Shown: positions 63,155 through 64,000 of the stretch, piece by piece
Position numbering within the stretch: the first letter of the stretch is position 1
How the letters are laid out: each line of letters starts with the position of its first letter
DNA from: an uncultured Eubacteriales bacterium
Lineage (GTDB): Bacteria; Bacillota; Clostridia; Oscillospirales; CAG-272
Assembly: GCA_934365155.1 (NCBI GenBank)
Contig: CAKRMZ010000004.1
Coordinates: 2,283-66,282 of the forward strand
DNA: 64,000 bases
Reading direction: 5' to 3'
Made by a program: the position numbers and the translations under genes
The notes under the pieces: generated by a model
What the model was told of the DNA's origin: nothing
The model's input: only the letters and a program-made list of their open reading frames with translations
Databases searched by the model: none

Positions 63155-64000
63155 ATTTCATATTTAGTGTGTCATATGGAGAAATACCATAAACAAGATG
63201 TCGCCCCTATCGAAAAGGAAAACGAACGGGACGGAAATTACAAGTCGGACAATCCGCAGATAGACAGCGAACGAACGAGAAACAATTACAGGTTTACGCC
63301 ACATTTCGGGAAAACTTATACAGAGTTTATAAACGGCAGAATAAAAGAGTTAGGCTTATCCCCGCGCAAAGACGCGGTTGTTATGAACTCTTTCGTATTA
63401 GGTTCGGATAAAACTTTTTTCGACAGATTAGCCAAGGTCGAACAGTATAATTTTTTCTCGGACTGTTACAAATTCTTTGCGGAGCGTTACGGCGAAGATA
63501 ATATCATCGCGGCGGTAGTACATAACGACGAAACAACGCCGCATATGCACTTAAACCTGATGCCCGTAACAAAAGACGGCCGACTTTGCTGTAAACAACT
63601 TTTTGACAAGCCGCAACTGCAACAGTTACAAACGGATTTTTACGAAACCGTCGGAAAACGTTGGGGCTTACAGCGCGGAAAAGAAGGCAGTCAAAAGAAA
63701 CACCTTTCCACCGCCGAATTTAAGGCAAAAAAGATAATCGAGCAAGCGGAAGCCATACGGGAAGAAAATCAAGTTTATGCAGACGCTTTAACCGAGGCAA
63801 AAAGCGGGAATATTCCGAGAAAACGCGGAAAGTTACAGGAACAAGTAATCGCTTTAACGGCAGACAACAGCGACCTTTCAAAACGGCTTACAAAGGCTAT
63901 GGACGAAACGCTCGAATACGTCCGAAAAGCAGAAACTTTGCAAAAGGAAAAGGATAACAATTCGCATTATGCAAACGTCGGCAAAGAACTTGCAAGAACA
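63155..64000 (+). CDS. MobV-family (Pre/Mob) relaxase, N-terminal ~280 aa (open at the window end)
   Basis: Not in the ORF track because there is no stop in the window. ...SYLVCHMEKYHK...KENER...IDSERTRNNY...AAVVHNDETTPHMHLNLMPV... is colinear with MobM of pMV158. The first ATG is 63176, but family conservation extends upstream to ATT 63155, behind AGGAGG (63140-63145). Confidence 0.85.
   Translation, partial: MSYLVCHMEKYHKQDVAPIEKENERDGNYKSDNPQIDSERTRNNYRFTPHFGKTYTEFINGRIKELGLSPRKDAVVMNSFVLGSDKTFFDRLAKVEQYNFFSDCYKFFAERYGEDNIIAAVVHNDETTPHMHLNLMPVTKDGRLCCKQLFDKPQLQQLQTDFYETVGKRWGLQRGKEGSQKKHLSTAEFKAKKIIEQAEAIREENQVYADALTEAKSGNIPRKRGKLQEQVIALTADNSDLSKRLTKAMDETLEYVRKAETLQKEKDNNSHYANVGKELART

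Larger units (their letters stand above)
60400..64000. mobile_element. probable integrated mobilisable element (left end approximate, right end beyond the window)
   Basis: A MobV relaxase plus a candidate oriT, orphan membrane genes, long AT-rich untranslated stretches, and a visibly different synonymous-codon style compared with the flanking ABC genes. Confidence 0.5.

Overview
This is a 64 kb chromosomal window from a spore-forming Clostridia-type Firmicute. That placement is inferred from sleB/ypeB, SLH-domain wall proteins, the soj-spo0J-noc-rsmG partition neighbourhood with parS sites, and low-GC Gram-positive promoters and terminators. I could not run any database search.

I support about 58 protein genes, 3 tRNAs (Leu-UAG, Met/Ile2-CAU, Gln-CUG), many intrinsic terminators and several sigma-A promoters and operators.

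Layout, in order:
- 1-7.2 kb: alaS 5' end, tRNA-Leu, an aminotransferase + RraA-like pair, and MarR with a heterodimeric ABC exporter.
- 7.2-8.5 kb: ypeB.
- 8.7-13.8 kb: a four-gene operon of M20 amidohydrolase, class V aminotransferase and two duplicated Gfo/Idh/MocA oxidoreductases.
- 14.3-24.1 kb: an accessory island. It holds five paralogous secreted papain-fold (NlpC/P60-like) surface proteins that put one head domain on three different anchors (SLH, C-terminal TM, sortase signal). One copy is a clear mosaic and one is catalytically dead.
- 24.4-32.2 kb: an orphan sugar-binding lipoprotein and an uncharacterised sugar operon (FGGY kinase, amidohydrolase_2, AraA-like isomerase, GNAT, Gfo/Idh/MocA).
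- 32.5-47.3 kb: housekeeping genes (upp, spo0J, soj, noc, NDP-sugar enzyme, rsmG, ruvX and others).
- 48-55.5 kb: more envelope genes (leaderless lysin-like protein, NPQTG surface protein, GT2 + GT-C pair, sleB).
- 55.9-60.4 kb: MerR with a second ABC exporter pair.
- From about 60.4 kb to the window end: an apparent integrated mobilisable element. It has a small ORF/attenuator, two unknown membrane proteins (one with a zinc ribbon), a candidate sRNA, a candidate oriT, and a MobV relaxase that runs off the window and carries Glu at the position of the family's catalytic His.

The best candidates for something undescribed are the surface-hydrolase paralog array and the two-gene membrane cargo of the mobilisable element. 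All functional calls rest on motif recognition by eye, and start codons are +/- a few codons.
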